Origin: Macrostomum lignano | Lineage: Eukaryota | Assembly: GCA_002269645.1 (NCBI GenBank) | Contig: NIVC01001537.1 | Location: forward strand, 62,001 to 126,000 | Direction: 5' to 3' | DNA length: 64,000 bases | Part shown: one piece after another, positions 12,501-24,170 of the stretch | Position numbering within the stretch: position 1 is the stretch's first letter | Layout: each line of letters begins with the position of its first letter | Notes under the pieces: generated by a model | What the model was told of the DNA's origin: nothing | Seen by the model: only the letters and a program-made list of their open reading frames with translations | Databases searched by the model: none | Position numbers and translations under genes: made by a program

Positions 12501-15424
12501 CATTGTGTGTAGACATTAGCGTGTACTTTAATAGTACACTGTGTGTATAGAGATTAGCATCTATTTTAATAGTGCATTGTGTTTATAGAGATTGGCGTGT
12601 ACTTTAATAGTACATTGTGTGTAGACATTAGCGTGTACTTTAATAGTACATTGTGTGTAGAGATTGGCGTGTACTTTAATAGTACATTGTGTGTAGAGAT
12701 TGGCGTGTACTTTAATAGTACATTGTGTGTAGAGATTGGCGTGTACTTTAATAGTACATTGTGTGTAGAGATTGGCGTGTACTTTAATAGTACATTGTGT
12801 GTAGAGATTGGCGTGTACTTTAATAGTACATTGTGTGTAGAGATTGGCGTGTACATGGCGAGACTAACACCTCTCGAGCCTGCTTTAAATAGGCCTAATT
12901 ACTAAATCCTTTCCTGCTTCCAGGCGAGGCTACGCTGACGGCGAAATCGAGGCGATGTTTGCCAAATATGACGTCGACGGCGACCGAGTGCTGGACGAGG
13001 AGGAGCAGCGCAGGATGACCAGCGAATTGGAGGGCCAGAAGGTTAGCAATGAGTCTGTATTCATTTCGCATAGCAACTATTTAATGAAGCGTATTATTAT
13101 TAATAATAATTTATTTAACATTGTGTCCCCCAATTCACAGCGTAATTTGGAAACCAATGCAGTAGGAGTGAAGCTTTATTATTGCTTATTTATAATTATT
13201 TATTGTGTACCCGTTGCCATGTAAAATCTGTTGTATTCTGTTTGTTGGTTGTTCCTCATGTATAATTTGTGTGCTTCCGACTATCTTGATGTAACATGTA
13301 AAAAATGATAATTTTGCTAACAAGGCTGAGCCTCCTGTACTGCCAGCATCTCTAAATTGCACGTTAATTATGCAATTAAAAATGTAACAACTGCACCGAT
13401 GTTCGGGTACCGCCTGTATCGATTGTGTGTACAAGTGTCTTGTATCTGTCAGTGTCCTGTAAGTGTCCTGTGTCTATATGATAGACGTTTCTAAATGAAC
13501 CCAAATCTAATCTGTATCTATCCCAGATCTAATCCGCATCCATCCCAGTTCTAATCCGTATTTCCTAGATCTAATCCGCATCTATCCCAGGTCTAATTCG
13601 TATCTATCCCAGATCTAATCCGCATCCATCCCAGTTCTAATCCGTATTTCCTAGATCTAATCCGCATCTATCCCAGGTCTAATCCGTATCTATCCCAGAT
13701 CTAATCCGCATCCATACCAGTTCTAATCCGTATTTCCTAGATCTAATCCGCATCTATCCCCGGTCTAATCCGTATCTATCCCAGATCTAATCCGCATCTA
13801 TCCCAGATCTAATCCGCATCTATCCCAGTTCTAATCCGCACCTATCCCAGGTCTAATCCGTATCTATCCCAGATCTAATCCGCATCTATCCCAGATCTAA
13901 TCCGCATCTATCCCAGTTCTAATCCGCACCTATCCCAGGTCTAATCCGTATCTATCCCAGATCTAATCCGCATCTATCCCAGGTCTAATCCGTATCTATC
14001 CCAGATCTAATCCGCATCTATCCCAGATCTAATCCGTATTTCCTAGATCTAATCCGCATCTATCCTAGATCTAATCCGTATCTATCCCAGGTCTAATCCC
14101 TATCTATCCCAGATCTAATCAGCATCTATCTCAGATCTAATCCGCATCCATCCCAGATCTAATCCGCATCTATCCCAGATCTAATCCGCATCTATCCCAG
14201 ATCTAATCCGCATCTATCCCATATCTAATCCGCATCTATCCCAGATCTAATCCGCATCTATCCCAGATCTAATCCGCATCTATCTCAGATCTAATCCGCA
14301 TCTATCCCAGATCTAATCCGCATCTATCTCAGATCTAATCCGCATCTATCCCAGATCTAATCCGCATCTATCCCAGGTCTAATCCGTATCTATCCCAGAT
14401 CTAATTCGCATCTATCCCAGGTCTAATTTGTATCTATCCCAGTTTTAATCCGTATCTATCCCAGGTCTAATCCGCATCTATCCCAGATCTAATCCGTATC
14501 TATCCCAGGTCTAATCCGCATCTATCCCAGATCTAATCCGTATCTATCCCAGTTCTAATCCGTATATCCCAGATCTAATCAGCATCTATCCCAGTTCTAA
14601 TCCGTATTTCCTAGATCTAATCCGTATCTATCCCAGATCTAATCCGCATCTATCCCAGATCTAATCCGTATCTATCCCAGGTCTAATCCGTATCTATCCC
14701 AGATCTAATCCGTATCTATCCCAGTTCTAATCCGCATCTATCCCAGATCTAATCCACATCTATCCTATATCTAATCCGCATCTATCCTATATCTAATCTG
14801 CATCTATCCCAGATCCAATCCGCATCTATCCTATATCTAATCCGCATCTATCCCAGCTCTATCCGAATCTATCCCAGCTCTAATCCACATCTATCCCAAC
14901 CGCCGCAGGCCGCCCTAAACGACCAGATCCAATCCGAGCGCGACCGTCCAGCCAGCGCCCGCTCAACCGCCGACCTCGGCGCCGACGCCGACGACCGCCT
15001 CAGGAGCTCTCGACGGGGCGTCAGCGGCGGCGGCGGCGGCGGCGGCGGCGCCGGCGTGTCTTCGGAGGAGTTCACGGTGCTGGCCAGGCGCGTGGACCGC
15101 ATGGAGCACAGCATCGGCAGCATCGTGTCGAAGATTGACGCCGTGCTGGTGAAGCTGGACACGATGGAGAAGGCGAAGCTGCGCAGGCGGGAGACCATGA
15201 GCAAGCTGCTGGACTCCATCAGCGAGAATGAGGCTGTGTCAGACGAGCAGAAACGCGAACAGATGGAGCAGCTGGTGCGCGAGGAGCTGGAGCGCTGGGA
15301 GAGCGAGCCGGTTGACGCGGCGCCTGCCTCCTCGCGGGCCGCCACCGCGCGCGGCCGATCAGCCGGCGCCTCGCGTCCGGGTAGTGCGGCCGGCAGCGGC
15401 AGCGGCGCGGAGGCTCGCTACTGA
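4783..15424 (+). CDS. pkd2: Polycystin-2 family TRPP cation channel (PKD2/PKD2L1-like), about 870 aa, 8 coding exons
   Basis: Exons 4783-5098, 6778-6891 (or 6501-6614), 8125-8255, 8651-9046, 9608-10495, 11091-11224, 12924-13041, 14909-15424. All junctions are GT-AG and phase-consistent (sum 2613 nt). Motifs: [41 protein letters not shown]...[13 protein letters not shown], pore [29 protein letters not shown] hands, and coiled coil [24 protein letters not shown]. The start could instead be the ATG at about 4837 (MSSRPQSS). Confidence 0.96.
5140..6420. repeat. 33-bp minisatellite (aagattgggtgagatttgatggataaacacaat), two sub-arrays, pkd2 intron
   Basis: 33-bp period; the unit switches from cacaataagattgg to cacatgaacattgg near 5790. 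Confidence 0.92.
6501..6614 (+). CDS. pkd2: Alternative (probably mutually exclusive) pkd2 exon 2a
   Basis: AG at 6499-6500, GT at 6615-6616; 114 nt, phase 1-1, identical in length and phase to exon 6778-6891. Translates (A)[37 protein letters not shown], paralogous to (A)[37 protein letters not shown]. Confidence 0.75.
7040..8010. repeat. 27-bp minisatellite (tcccaattagaatcccagagatcccaa), pkd2 intron
   Basis: Visible 27-bp period. Confidence 0.9.
8270..8620. repeat. About 18-bp minisatellite (gaagcttctagtttgtgt), pkd2 intron
   Basis: Visible period with a HindIII site in each unit. Confidence 0.88.
9145..9568. repeat. (TATC)n microsatellite, pkd2 intron
   Basis: Direct reading. Confidence 0.97.
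10496..10835. repeat. Four diverged copies of a roughly 90-bp unit starting at the exon-5 splice donor
   Basis: gtaaac...gagta(g/a)c...catct(a/g)atta recurs with GT at 10496, 10588, 10683 and 10770. Confidence 0.6.
11230..12220. repeat. 21-bp G-rich minisatellite (ttggggtggactgggtgtctg), pkd2 intron
   Basis: 21-bp period starting immediately after the donor at 11225. Confidence 0.92.
12300..12860. repeat. 39-bp minisatellite (core aatagtacattgtgtgtagagattggcgtgtacttt), pkd2 intron
   Basis: 13-aa periodicity in the overlapping ORFs. Confidence 0.9.
13500..14900. repeat. 22-bp minisatellite (ctaatccgcatctatcccagat), about 60 copies, ending at the exon-8 acceptor
   Basis: 22-bp period; the array runs up to the AG at 14907-14908. 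Confidence 0.93.
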
Positions 15425-15837
15425 GCTGCCGGGGCCGACTGACTGACCTTGAGAGATATCTATTTATAATATTTTATTGAGAGATTTCCAAGCCCTGAAC
15501 GCCAATTATATAATTGCCAACTGCTCCCACTCACAAGCCGTCCGAAGTTGAAGCTTATTCTATGATATTTGAAATCTCTGGCTTTTACGGATAAACATGG
15601 CTCTGAATGTATTTTTAACTGACAGCTGATCGAGGAACCTTTTAATGGGCTGATTTTAACATAAAAATTATTTTTATCGATGCGACCTGAACCTATTTCT
15701 GACTGCTGTGTGTCAACGAATGAAATATCGTTAATAAATCTCTTGATAAATTCCATTCCTTCTTGGCAATCCAAAATGTAGCATCGCTCACAAACCTGCG
15801 ACCTGTTTCGTGTCCGCTTCTTTTGTAACTGGTCGAT

Positions 15838-17838
15838 TGGGGGCGCCAGCTGAAGGATTGGGGAACGCCAGCTGAAGGATTGGGGAGGGGGCGCCAGCTG
15901 AAGGATTGGGGGTGCCAACTGAAGGATTGGGGGCGCCAGCTGAAGGATTGGGGGTGCCAACTGAAGGATTGGGGACGGGGCGCCAGCTGAAGGATTGGGG
16001 GGCGCCAACTGAAGGATTGGGGGAGGGGGCGCCAGCTGAAGGATTGGGGGTGCCAACTGAAGGATTGGGGGTGCCAACTGAAGGATTGGGGGCGCCAGCT
16101 GAAGGATTGGGGGTGCCAACTGAAGGATTGGGGGTGCCAACTGAAGGATTGGGGGCGCCAGCTGAAGGATTGGGGGTGCCAACTGAAGGATTGGGGGTGC
16201 CAACTGAAGGATTGGGGGCGCCAGCTGAAGGATTGGGGGTGCCAACTGAAGGATTGGGGGTGCCAACTGAAGGATTGGGGGTGCCAACTGAAGGATTGGG
16301 GGTGCCAACTGAAGGATTGGGGGACGGGGCGCCAGCTGAAGGATTGGGGGGCGCCAACTGAAGGATTGGGGGACGGGGCGCCAGCTGAAGGATTGGGGGG
16401 CGCCAACTGAAGGATTGGGGGAGGGAGCGCCAGCTGAAGGATTGGGGGACGGGGCGCCAGCTGAAGGATTGGGGGGCGCCAACTGAAGGATTGGGGGAGG
16501 GGGCGCCAGCTGAAAATTGGGGGGCGCCAGCTGAAGGATTGGGGGTCGCCAACTGAAGGATTGGGGGGGGCGCCAGCTGAAGGATTGGGGGTGCCAACTG
16601 AAGGATTGGGGAACGCCAGCTGAAGGATTGGGGAACGCCAGCTGAAGGATTGGGGAGGGGGCGCCAGCTGAAGGATTGGGGGTGCCAACTGAAGGATTGG
16701 GGGCGCCAGCTGAAGGATTGGGGGTGCCAACTGAAGGATTGGGGACGGGGCGCCAGCTGAAGGATTGGGGGCGCCAACTGAAGGATTGGGGGAGGGGGCG
16801 CCAGCTGAAGGATTGGGGGTGCCAACTGAAGGATTGGGGGTGCCAACTGAAGGATTGGGGGCGCCAGCTGAAGGATTGGGGGTGCCAACTGAAGGATTGG
16901 GGTGCCAACTGAAGGATTGGGGGCGCCAGCTGAAGGATTGGGGTGCCAACTGAAGGATTGGGGGTGCCAACTGAAGGATTGGGGGCGCCAGCTGAAGGAT
17001 TGGGGGTGCCAACTGAAGGATTGGGGGTGCCAACTGAAGGATTGGGGGTGCCAACTGAAGGATTGGGGGTGCCAACTGAAGGATTGGGGGACGGGGCGCC
17101 AGCTGAAGGATTGGGGGGCGCCAACTGAAGGATTGGGGGACGGGGCGCCAGCTGAAGGATTGGGGGCGCCAACTGAAGGATTGGGGGAGGGAGCGCCAGC
17201 TGAAGGATTGGGGGACGGGGCGCCAGCTGAAGGATTGGGGGCGCCAACTGAAGGATTGGGGGAGGGGGCGCCAGCTGAAAATTGGGGGGCGCCAGCTGAA
17301 GGATTGGGGGTCGCCAACTGAAGGATTGGGGGGGCGCCAGCTGAAGGATTGGGGGTGCCAACTGAAGGATTGGGGGACGGGGCGCCAGCTGAAGGATTGG
17401 GGGGCGCCAGCTGAAGGATTGGGGGGCGCCAGCTGAAGGATTGGGGGAGGGGCGCCAGCTAAAGGATTGGGGGCGCCAGCTGAAGGATTGGGGGAGGGGG
17501 CGCCAGCTGAAAGATTGGGGGAGGGGCGCCAGCTGAAGGATTGGGGGGCGCCAACTGAAGGATTGGGGGGCGCCAGCTGAAGGATTGGGGGACGGGGCGC
17601 CAGCTGAAGGATTGGGGGGCGCCAACTGAAGGATTAGGGGGCGCCAGCTGAAGGATTGGGGGAGGGGGCGCCAGCTGAAGGATTGGGGGACGGGGCGCCA
17701 GCTGAAGGATTGGGGGAGGGGCGCCAGCTGAAGGATTGGGGGACGGGGCGCCAGCTGAAGGATTGGGGGGAGGGGGCGCCAGATGAAGGATTGGGGGAGG
17801 GGGCGCCAGCTGAAGGATTGGGGGCGCCAGCTGAAGGA
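15838..17838. repeat. G-rich compound minisatellite (21-28 bp; ggattggggg(c/t)gcca(g/a)ctgaa)
   Basis: About 2-kb array between the convergent pkd2 and pacifastin-like genes, with a G4-G6 run in every unit. Confidence 0.93.
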
Positions 17839-18167
17839 GTTCTGATGTCATAGCTACATGCCCAGCTCAAAATTTGGACATGCCTCCTTCCTATGTATGT
17901 ATTACTGTAGCTCGTATATTATGTGAAAATTAACACTTCTTAAAAGTAGGACAACTGCTCGAAACACACTACTGACTTGGCAAAGGCATGCATAAGTAGT
18001 AGCAGTCGGATTTATTTGACACTGAGTGATACTATACGGCGAGACCCGCGTGTTTGATTGAGCGGTCATTCGGTTTAATTTTATTACTCATTTACAAGCA
18101 ACAGAAGCAGCCGAAAGTAAAGCCGAGGCCACAGTTGCTATGCGAGTTAATTAAAATTGGCAGCCGC

Positions 18168-18854
18168 TCAGAACCGCTGGGCCAGCCACTGCATCAGAGA
18201 GCCGCGCTGCCTGCGGCCGCGCCGCCTGTTGCCGCGCCTGCCACCCTCGATATTGGCGCCCAGACTGCGGCAGTGCCGCTTGAACTCGCGCTTGCTGCCG
18301 ACGAACTCCGGGCAGGTGTTGCTGGTCTCGCACTGGGCAGCCGTGGCCGGCGTGTCCGGGCACTGACACTGGTTGCAGCCGTCGAAGAACTTCACTCCCG
18401 GCTGCTGGCGGCACAGCTTGCGCTCCTTGAAGCACTTGATTGGCCAGCGCTCGGGTTCAGCAGAGCCACCGGCAGCGGCGGCGGCGGCGGCTCGCCTCTC
18501 CATGCGGCGCTTGTAGCGGAGCTTCTTCTTCTCGACCCGGCGGGCCAGCTTCTGGCAGAAGCGGTCGGCCCTGCGTTTCAGCCGGGGCTCCAGGATCTCC
18601 GTCTGGCGCGGGCAGGACTTGATGGTGCACGTGGCCTGGCCGGCGTTGGAGCCGCAGGTGCACAGGTTGCAACCGTCCGACACCTTGAAGCCGACAAGAG
18701 AAGCGTCTCCGTTGCAGATGCTCTGCGCCTTCAGGTCCGAGCACGTGACCTCCGGCTTGTTCCGGCCGCGACCGCCGCCCCGGCGCCCGAATCTGCGGCC
18801 GTAGGCGGCCGAAGACACCGCTAGGACCAACGCCAGCAGTAGTACCAGGCGCAT
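18168..18854 (-). CDS. Secreted Arg/Gly-rich protein with two pacifastin-like Cys domains (putative serine protease inhibitor), 228 aa, single exon
   Basis: Signal peptide MRLVLLLALVLAVSSAAYG. Domain 1, C-x13-CNLCTCGSNAGQATCTIKSC, resembles the pacifastin pattern C-x(9-12)-CNxCxC-x(2-3)-G-x(3-4)-CT-x3-C with slightly longer spacing. Domain 2, CRQQPGVKFFDGCNQCQCPDTPATAAQCETSNTC, is degenerate. High GC3; TATA upstream; AATAAA downstream (18011-18016). Confidence 0.8.
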   Translation of the reverse strand: MRLVLLLALVLAVSSAAYGRRFGRRGGGRGRNKPEVTCSDLKAQSICNGDASLVGFKVSDGCNLCTCGSNAGQATCTIKSCPRQTEILEPRLKRRADRFCQKLARRVEKKKLRYKRRMERRAAAAAAAGGSAEPERWPIKCFKERKLCRQQPGVKFFDGCNQCQCPDTPATAAQCETSNTCPEFVGSKREFKRHCRSLGANIEGGRRGNRRRGRRQRGSLMQWLAQRF

Positions 18855-18956
18855 TTGCTTGTCTGTCTTGTTGAATTGAAGTCGATGCCTGTTTGAAACT
18901 CTCTCTCTCTCCTGCCGGTGTTATTGGAAAGACTTGCCTTGCTGCTTTTGCTATTG

Positions 18957-18964
18957 TATTTATA
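18957..18964 (-). promoter_or_regulatory. TATA box of the pacifastin-like gene
   Basis: TATAAATA on the minus strand about 100 nt upstream of the ATG at 18854. Confidence 0.6.
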
Positions 18965-19424
18965 GGCTATGCTGTCCCCACCTGAATTTCAGATTGGCAG
19001 TCTTGTGACTTGCCTCTTTTATCTTATCATCTCAACCCCTGGTCTTGCAGCTGTTGCTGGCGGGGGTTCATCTGCGTCCACCAGATTTCCTGCGAGCTGT
19101 GTTTCAGTTTGACTGCGTGTGTAGAAATCTGGCAGATAAACAGTCGCTCTGCAGATAGCATTGCCAGCCTGCAATTCACAAGCCTTCTTGTTTTTCATAT
19201 ATGGCAAAGGTGGACCAGCTAGAACAGGTCTTGGGTTTTATTGCTTTCGCTCTAAACTTTCTGCACGAACAGTGATAGTTCACCCTCACCCCACGTGACT
19301 TTCTTCTGTTGCACTGCAACTCCTCGCGCTGTTGATCTGCAATGAAGATATTTGCGGTCAAACAGGACTTCATTGACTTTTGTCTGCGACCATTTTTAAC
19401 TGCGATTAGACATGATGTCTGGTC

Positions 19425-20520
19425 ATGATCTCATTGTCTATCTCATTCTCTATCTCATTGTCTATCTCATTGTCTATCTCATTCTCTATCTCATTGTCTA
19501 TCTCATTCTCTATCTCATTCTCTATCTCATTCTCTATCTCATTGTCTATCTCATTGTCTATCTCATTATCTATCTCATTATCTATCTCATTGTCTATCTC
19601 ATTATCTATCTCATTATCTATCTCATTATCTATCTCATTCTCTATCTCATTCTCTGTCTCATTCTCTATCTCATTATCTATCTCATTATCTATCTCATTG
19701 TCTATATTATTCTCTATCCCATTCTCTATCTCATTCTCTGTCTCATTCTCTATCACACTCTATCTCATTCTCTGTCTCATTCTCTATCTCACTCTATCTC
19801 ATTCTCTATCTCATTCTCTATCTCATTCTCTGTCTCATTCTCTATCTCACTCTATCTCATTGTCTATATTATTCTCTATCCCATTCTCTATCTCATTCTC
19901 TATCTCATTCTCTATCTCATTCTCTGTCTCATTCTCTATCTCATTATCTATCTCATTATCTATCTCATTATCTATCTCATTGTCTATATTATTCTCTATC
20001 CCATTCTCTATCTCATTCTCTGTCTCATTCTCTATCTCACTCTATCTCATTCTCTGTCTCATTCTCTATCTCATTCTCTATCTCATTCTCTATCTCATTC
20101 TCTATCTCATTGTCTATCTCATTGTCTATCTCATTGTCTATCTCATTGTCTATCTCATTGTCTATCTCATTCTCTATCTCATTCTCTATCTCATTCTCTA
20201 TCTAATTGTCTTTCTCATTCTCTATCTCATTCTCTATCTCATTGTTGTCTATCTCATTCTCTATCTCATTCTCTGTCTCATTCTCTATCTCATTCTCTAT
20301 CTCATTTTATATCTCATTGTCTATCTCATTCTCAATCTCATTCTCAATCTCATTCTCTATCTCATTGTCTATCTCATTCTAAATCTCATTGTCTATCTCA
20401 TTGTATAACTCATTCTCTATCTAATTGTCTATCTCATTCTCTATCTCATTGTCTATCTCATTCTCTATCTCATTGTCTATCTCGTTCTCATTCTCTATCT
20501 CATTCTCTATCTCACTCTAT
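19425..20520. repeat. 12-bp pyrimidine-rich repeat (tctatctcatt[c/g/a])
   Basis: Direct reading. Confidence 0.93.
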
Positions 20521-20853
20521 CTTAATTAGGATTTTATTGCTATTCAATTTTTTTAGTTTCTTACCCTCAACTTTTGGCTCTTTTGCGGTTTGTTAACTTC
20601 TTTAACTTCTTTCTCATTCGCGTCTTGTCTTGTGCTTTTGCAACCAGTTCCGTCCGGTGCCACAATCGGCAAAGCCAAAATTGCAGGTACAAGAAATTCT
20701 CATTATTATGAAACAGCTTCAAACGACTGCCGGTTTTGTGACTTTTGTCACTTTTATCTCACTTTTTGACAAATCAAAAGTTTAACTTAAGCAAAATAAC
20801 TATTTTATTTTTCACTTATTTTCTACACGAATTTCTGTTGCCTATAAACGATA

Positions 20854-21018
20854 TTAGCAATCGATTCTAATCTTTACTCGCTAGATTAGCAGTCCATTCT
20901 AATCTTTACTCGCTAGATTAGCAATCCATTCTAATCTTTACTCGCTAGATTAGCAATCCATTCTAATCTTTACTCGCTAGATTAGCAATCCATTCTAATC
21001 ATTACTCGCTAGATTAGT
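20854..21018. repeat. 33-bp minisatellite (ctaatctttactcgctagattagcaatccatt), 4-5 copies
   Basis: Direct reading; shares a 21-bp core in reverse complement with the 26.4-33.7 kb array. Confidence 0.85.
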
Positions 21019-21985
21019 ACAAAAGTACAAAAAATCTGTCTGCATATGATGAAGGGAAAGAGAGGAGTCTGCCACATGTTACACACAAGAGATGAGAAAC
21101 TGAAATGTGAGCACTTCTACCCAATTTTTACAGTACAATGCTGAATAAAAGCCAACCTACTGACAGTAGCTTATTGTATATAAAAAAGTAAAACTTTCTT
21201 TACGAGTTGAAAAGTTGGCGAGTTAGCGAGATCCAGTAACTAACGTTTCGAATTCGTTTACTAACATTCAAATTGGCGCCCAAAAAAGTCGGAACAAAAT
21301 TTTAACAAACCCTTGCTGTAAACGTTTAAACGGTTGAAAAAGTTTTTTGTCTGCGAGTATGATTTAATGCTAAAAAGAGCAAAAGAGACTGTATTAATAT
21401 CTCATTCGGGAAAAGAACCAGGGAGAGGTCAGAAGCAGTGTGAAGCAACACACGGAAGAGGAAGAGAGCGGAACTGGGGGAGAGAGGGGGATTATTGAAA
21501 GCCGGAGCCAAGGAAGTCAGGAGTCACAGTACTCAGCACTCCGCGACTACTCTGCCCCTCGCTCACTGCCGCATGTACGGCAGCTGGGTCACTCCGAGCA
21601 GGTTAGGAAGGGCCAGACAGTACACACTCTCTCACAATATTCTTCCCCAACAAGTTTTACATTTTCTATTCCTATTCCTCATCTGTATGTTCCTAGCAAC
21701 GAGGCGTGGCGGCGGCGGGGGAATGGGAAAGGGGAAGAGCGAAAGCGGAGGGGAACTCGGGGTTCGAGTCCGAGAGGCAGAAGGTGGAGCAGAAGGTGTA
21801 CAGCGGGCTCCAGATCAGCCTCCGCCATTGGACTAGCGACCAGCTTCCCGCAGCCCCTCCCGAACTGCCCTCCCTTCGTACTGCAGCTTCTTTTTAAAAG
21901 AATCCTCTCGAGAAAGACGCGACGCCTCTGAACAACTCAGTTTTTCTTGAATTCAAACAACCGTAAGGCGAACAGCTTCGAAAGA

Positions 21986-23148
21986 ATGCCGGCTGCAGTT
22001 GAAGCTCTGCTGCTTGCAGCCTGTCTGTTGGCCATTCTCAACTCTGTCTGCGAGGCCCAAGGTAAGGTCTGCGAGCTGCTGTGGTCCACTTGCCTGTTCC
22101 CAACTCATGCCTTGCCTGTTCCCAACTCATGCCTTGCCTGTTCCCAACTCATGCCTTGCCTGTTCCCAATTCATGCCTTGCCTGTTCCCAACTCATGCCT
22201 TGCCTGTTCCCAACTCATGCCTTGCCTGTTGGATCATGTCACCTGTCACTCTTTCCTCATATCACTCTTCACATCTTGTCACTCTTCACTCTTGTCACTC
22301 TTCACTCTTGTCACTCTTCACTCTTGTCACTCTTCACTCTTGTCACTCTTCACTCTTGTCACTCTTCACTCTTGTCACTCTTCACTCTTGTCACTCTTCA
22401 CTCTTGTCACTCTTCACTCTTGTCACTCTTCACTCTTGTCACTCTTCACTCTTGTCACTCTTCACTCTTGTCACTCTTCACTCTTGTCACTCTTCACTCT
22501 TGTCACTCTTCACTCTTGTCACTCTTCACTCTTGTCACTCTTCACTCTTGTCACTCTTCACTCTTGTCACTCTTCACTCTTGTCACTCTTCACTCTTGTC
22601 ACTCTTCACTCTTGTGAATCTTCATCAGCTATTAAATCCTTGTCTCCAGTATTCGATTTTCCTCGCTCCAAATCACCCCACACTGCTCACTCCCTGACCC
22701 CCCCTTCCCTGCAGTGTTCTCCTCAGACTCCGGCGGCGGCATCAGCTGCTACGTGTGCAGCTCCATCAACGGTTCGAACCCGGCCTGTCACGACCCGTTC
22801 GACTCCTCTCTGATCGGCTTGACAACCCCGTGCAACCAGGGTCGCCGAGCGCAGAACGGCGTGTTCCCCGCCAGGTTCTGCTTCAAGCTGAAAGGCAGGC
22901 GCCGGTCTGACGGCCAGTCCGTGCTGGTGCGCCGGTGTAGCGTCGACCCGCTGGTCAACAACGTCATGAAGAGCCACTGCGGCAACTTCAAACTCGCTAA
23001 CGATGGCGAGCAGCAGTACTTCGATGGCTGCGTCACCATGTGCCGATTTGACGGCTGCAACTCGGCGTCGAGGGGGACTGCGGCATCGACAGCCGTGATG
23101 ATGATGCTACTGGCGGCTCTGCTGCTGCCTCTAAAGCCGCTGTCTTGA
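21986..23148 (+). CDS. Ly6/uPAR three-finger protein, quiver/sleepless-like, predicted GPI-anchored, about 169 aa
   Basis: Exon 1 21986-22061 (signal peptide MPAAVEALLLAACLLAILNSVCEAQ, phase-1 donor gtaagg). Exon 2 22715-23148 (alternative in-phase acceptor at 22727). ISCYVCSSINGSNPACHDPF...RFCFK...RRC...HC...GCVTMCRFDGCN gives 10 Cys ending in CN, followed by a hydrophobic C-terminal tail. Confidence 0.88.
22090..22615. repeat. 22-bp (tgccttgcctgttcccaactca) and 16-bp (ttgtcactcttcactc) arrays filling the Ly6 intron
   Basis: Direct reading. Confidence 0.9.
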
Positions 23149-23219
23149 CATTGCTGAACTGTCTCTGCAATGTGCTTTGTTTATGTCTAGGGCGCCGGCT
23201 TCAGGTGGTTTGGGTTTCG

Positions 23220-24170
23220 ATTTTCTTGGGGTCCACGGCTTTTGGGGTCCATGGCTTCTTGGGGTCCATGGCTTCTTGGGGTCCATGGATTCTTAGGGTC
23301 CATGGATTCTTGAGGTCCATGGCTTCTTGGGGTCCATGGCTTCTTGGGGTCCATGGATTCTTGGCGTCCATGGCTTCTTGGGGTCCATGGATTCTTGGGG
23401 TCCATGGATTCTTGGGTTCCATGGCTTCTTGGGGTCCATGGCTTCTTGGGGTCCATGGCTTCTGGCGTCCATGGCTTCTTGGCGTCCATGGCTTCTTGGC
23501 GTCCATGGCTTCTTGGGGTCCATGGATTCTTGAGGTCCATGGCTTCTTGGGGTCCATGGGTTCTTGGGGTCCATGGCTTCTTGGGGTCCGTGGGTTCTTG
23601 GGGTCCATGGCTTCTTGGGGGTCCATGGCTTCTTGGCGTCCATGGCTTCTTGGGGCCCATGGATTCTTGGCGTCCACGGCTTTTGGGGTCCATGGCTTCT
23701 TGGGGTCCATGGCTACTTGGCGTCCATGGATTCTTGGGGTCCATGGCTTCTTGGGGTCCATGGCTTCTTAGGGTCCATGGCTTCTGGCGTCCATGGCTTC
23801 TGGCGTCCATGGCTTCTTGGCGTCCATGGCTTCTTGGGGTCCATGGCTTCTTGGGGTCCATGGATTCTTGGGGTCCATGGCTTCTTGGGGTCCATGGCTT
23901 CTTGGGGTCCATGGCTTCTTGAGGTCCATGGCTTCTGGCGTCCATGGCTTCTTGGGGTCCATGGCTTCTTGGGGTCCATGGCTTCTTGGGGTCCATGGCT
24001 TCTTGGGGTCCACGGCTTCTTGGGGTCCATGGCTTCTTGGGGTCCATGGCTTCTTGGGGTCCATGGCTTCTTGGGGTCCATGGCCTTTTTGGCGTCCATG
24101 GCTTCTTAGGGTCCATGGCTTCTTGGGGTCCATGGCTTCTTGGGGTCCATGGCTTCTTGGGGTTCATGGG
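23220..24170. repeat. 17-bp minisatellite (ggggtccatggcttctt), in or near the 3'UTR of the quiver-like gene
   Basis: Direct reading; an ATTAAA follows at about 24186. Confidence 0.92.

Noticed and set aside
15460-17851. Pro-rich 721/509/460-aa ORFs
   Set aside because: All frames reflect the G-rich array; no coding signal.
19406-20596. ORFs resembling acidic or membrane proteins
   Set aside because: 12-bp repeat translation.
21270-21295. LTR end plus tRNA-Lys primer-binding site (ca-aat-tggcgcccaa)
   Set aside because: Only about 10 nt match, with no paired LTR and no gag/pol coding; equally consistent with an E2F-like site or chance.
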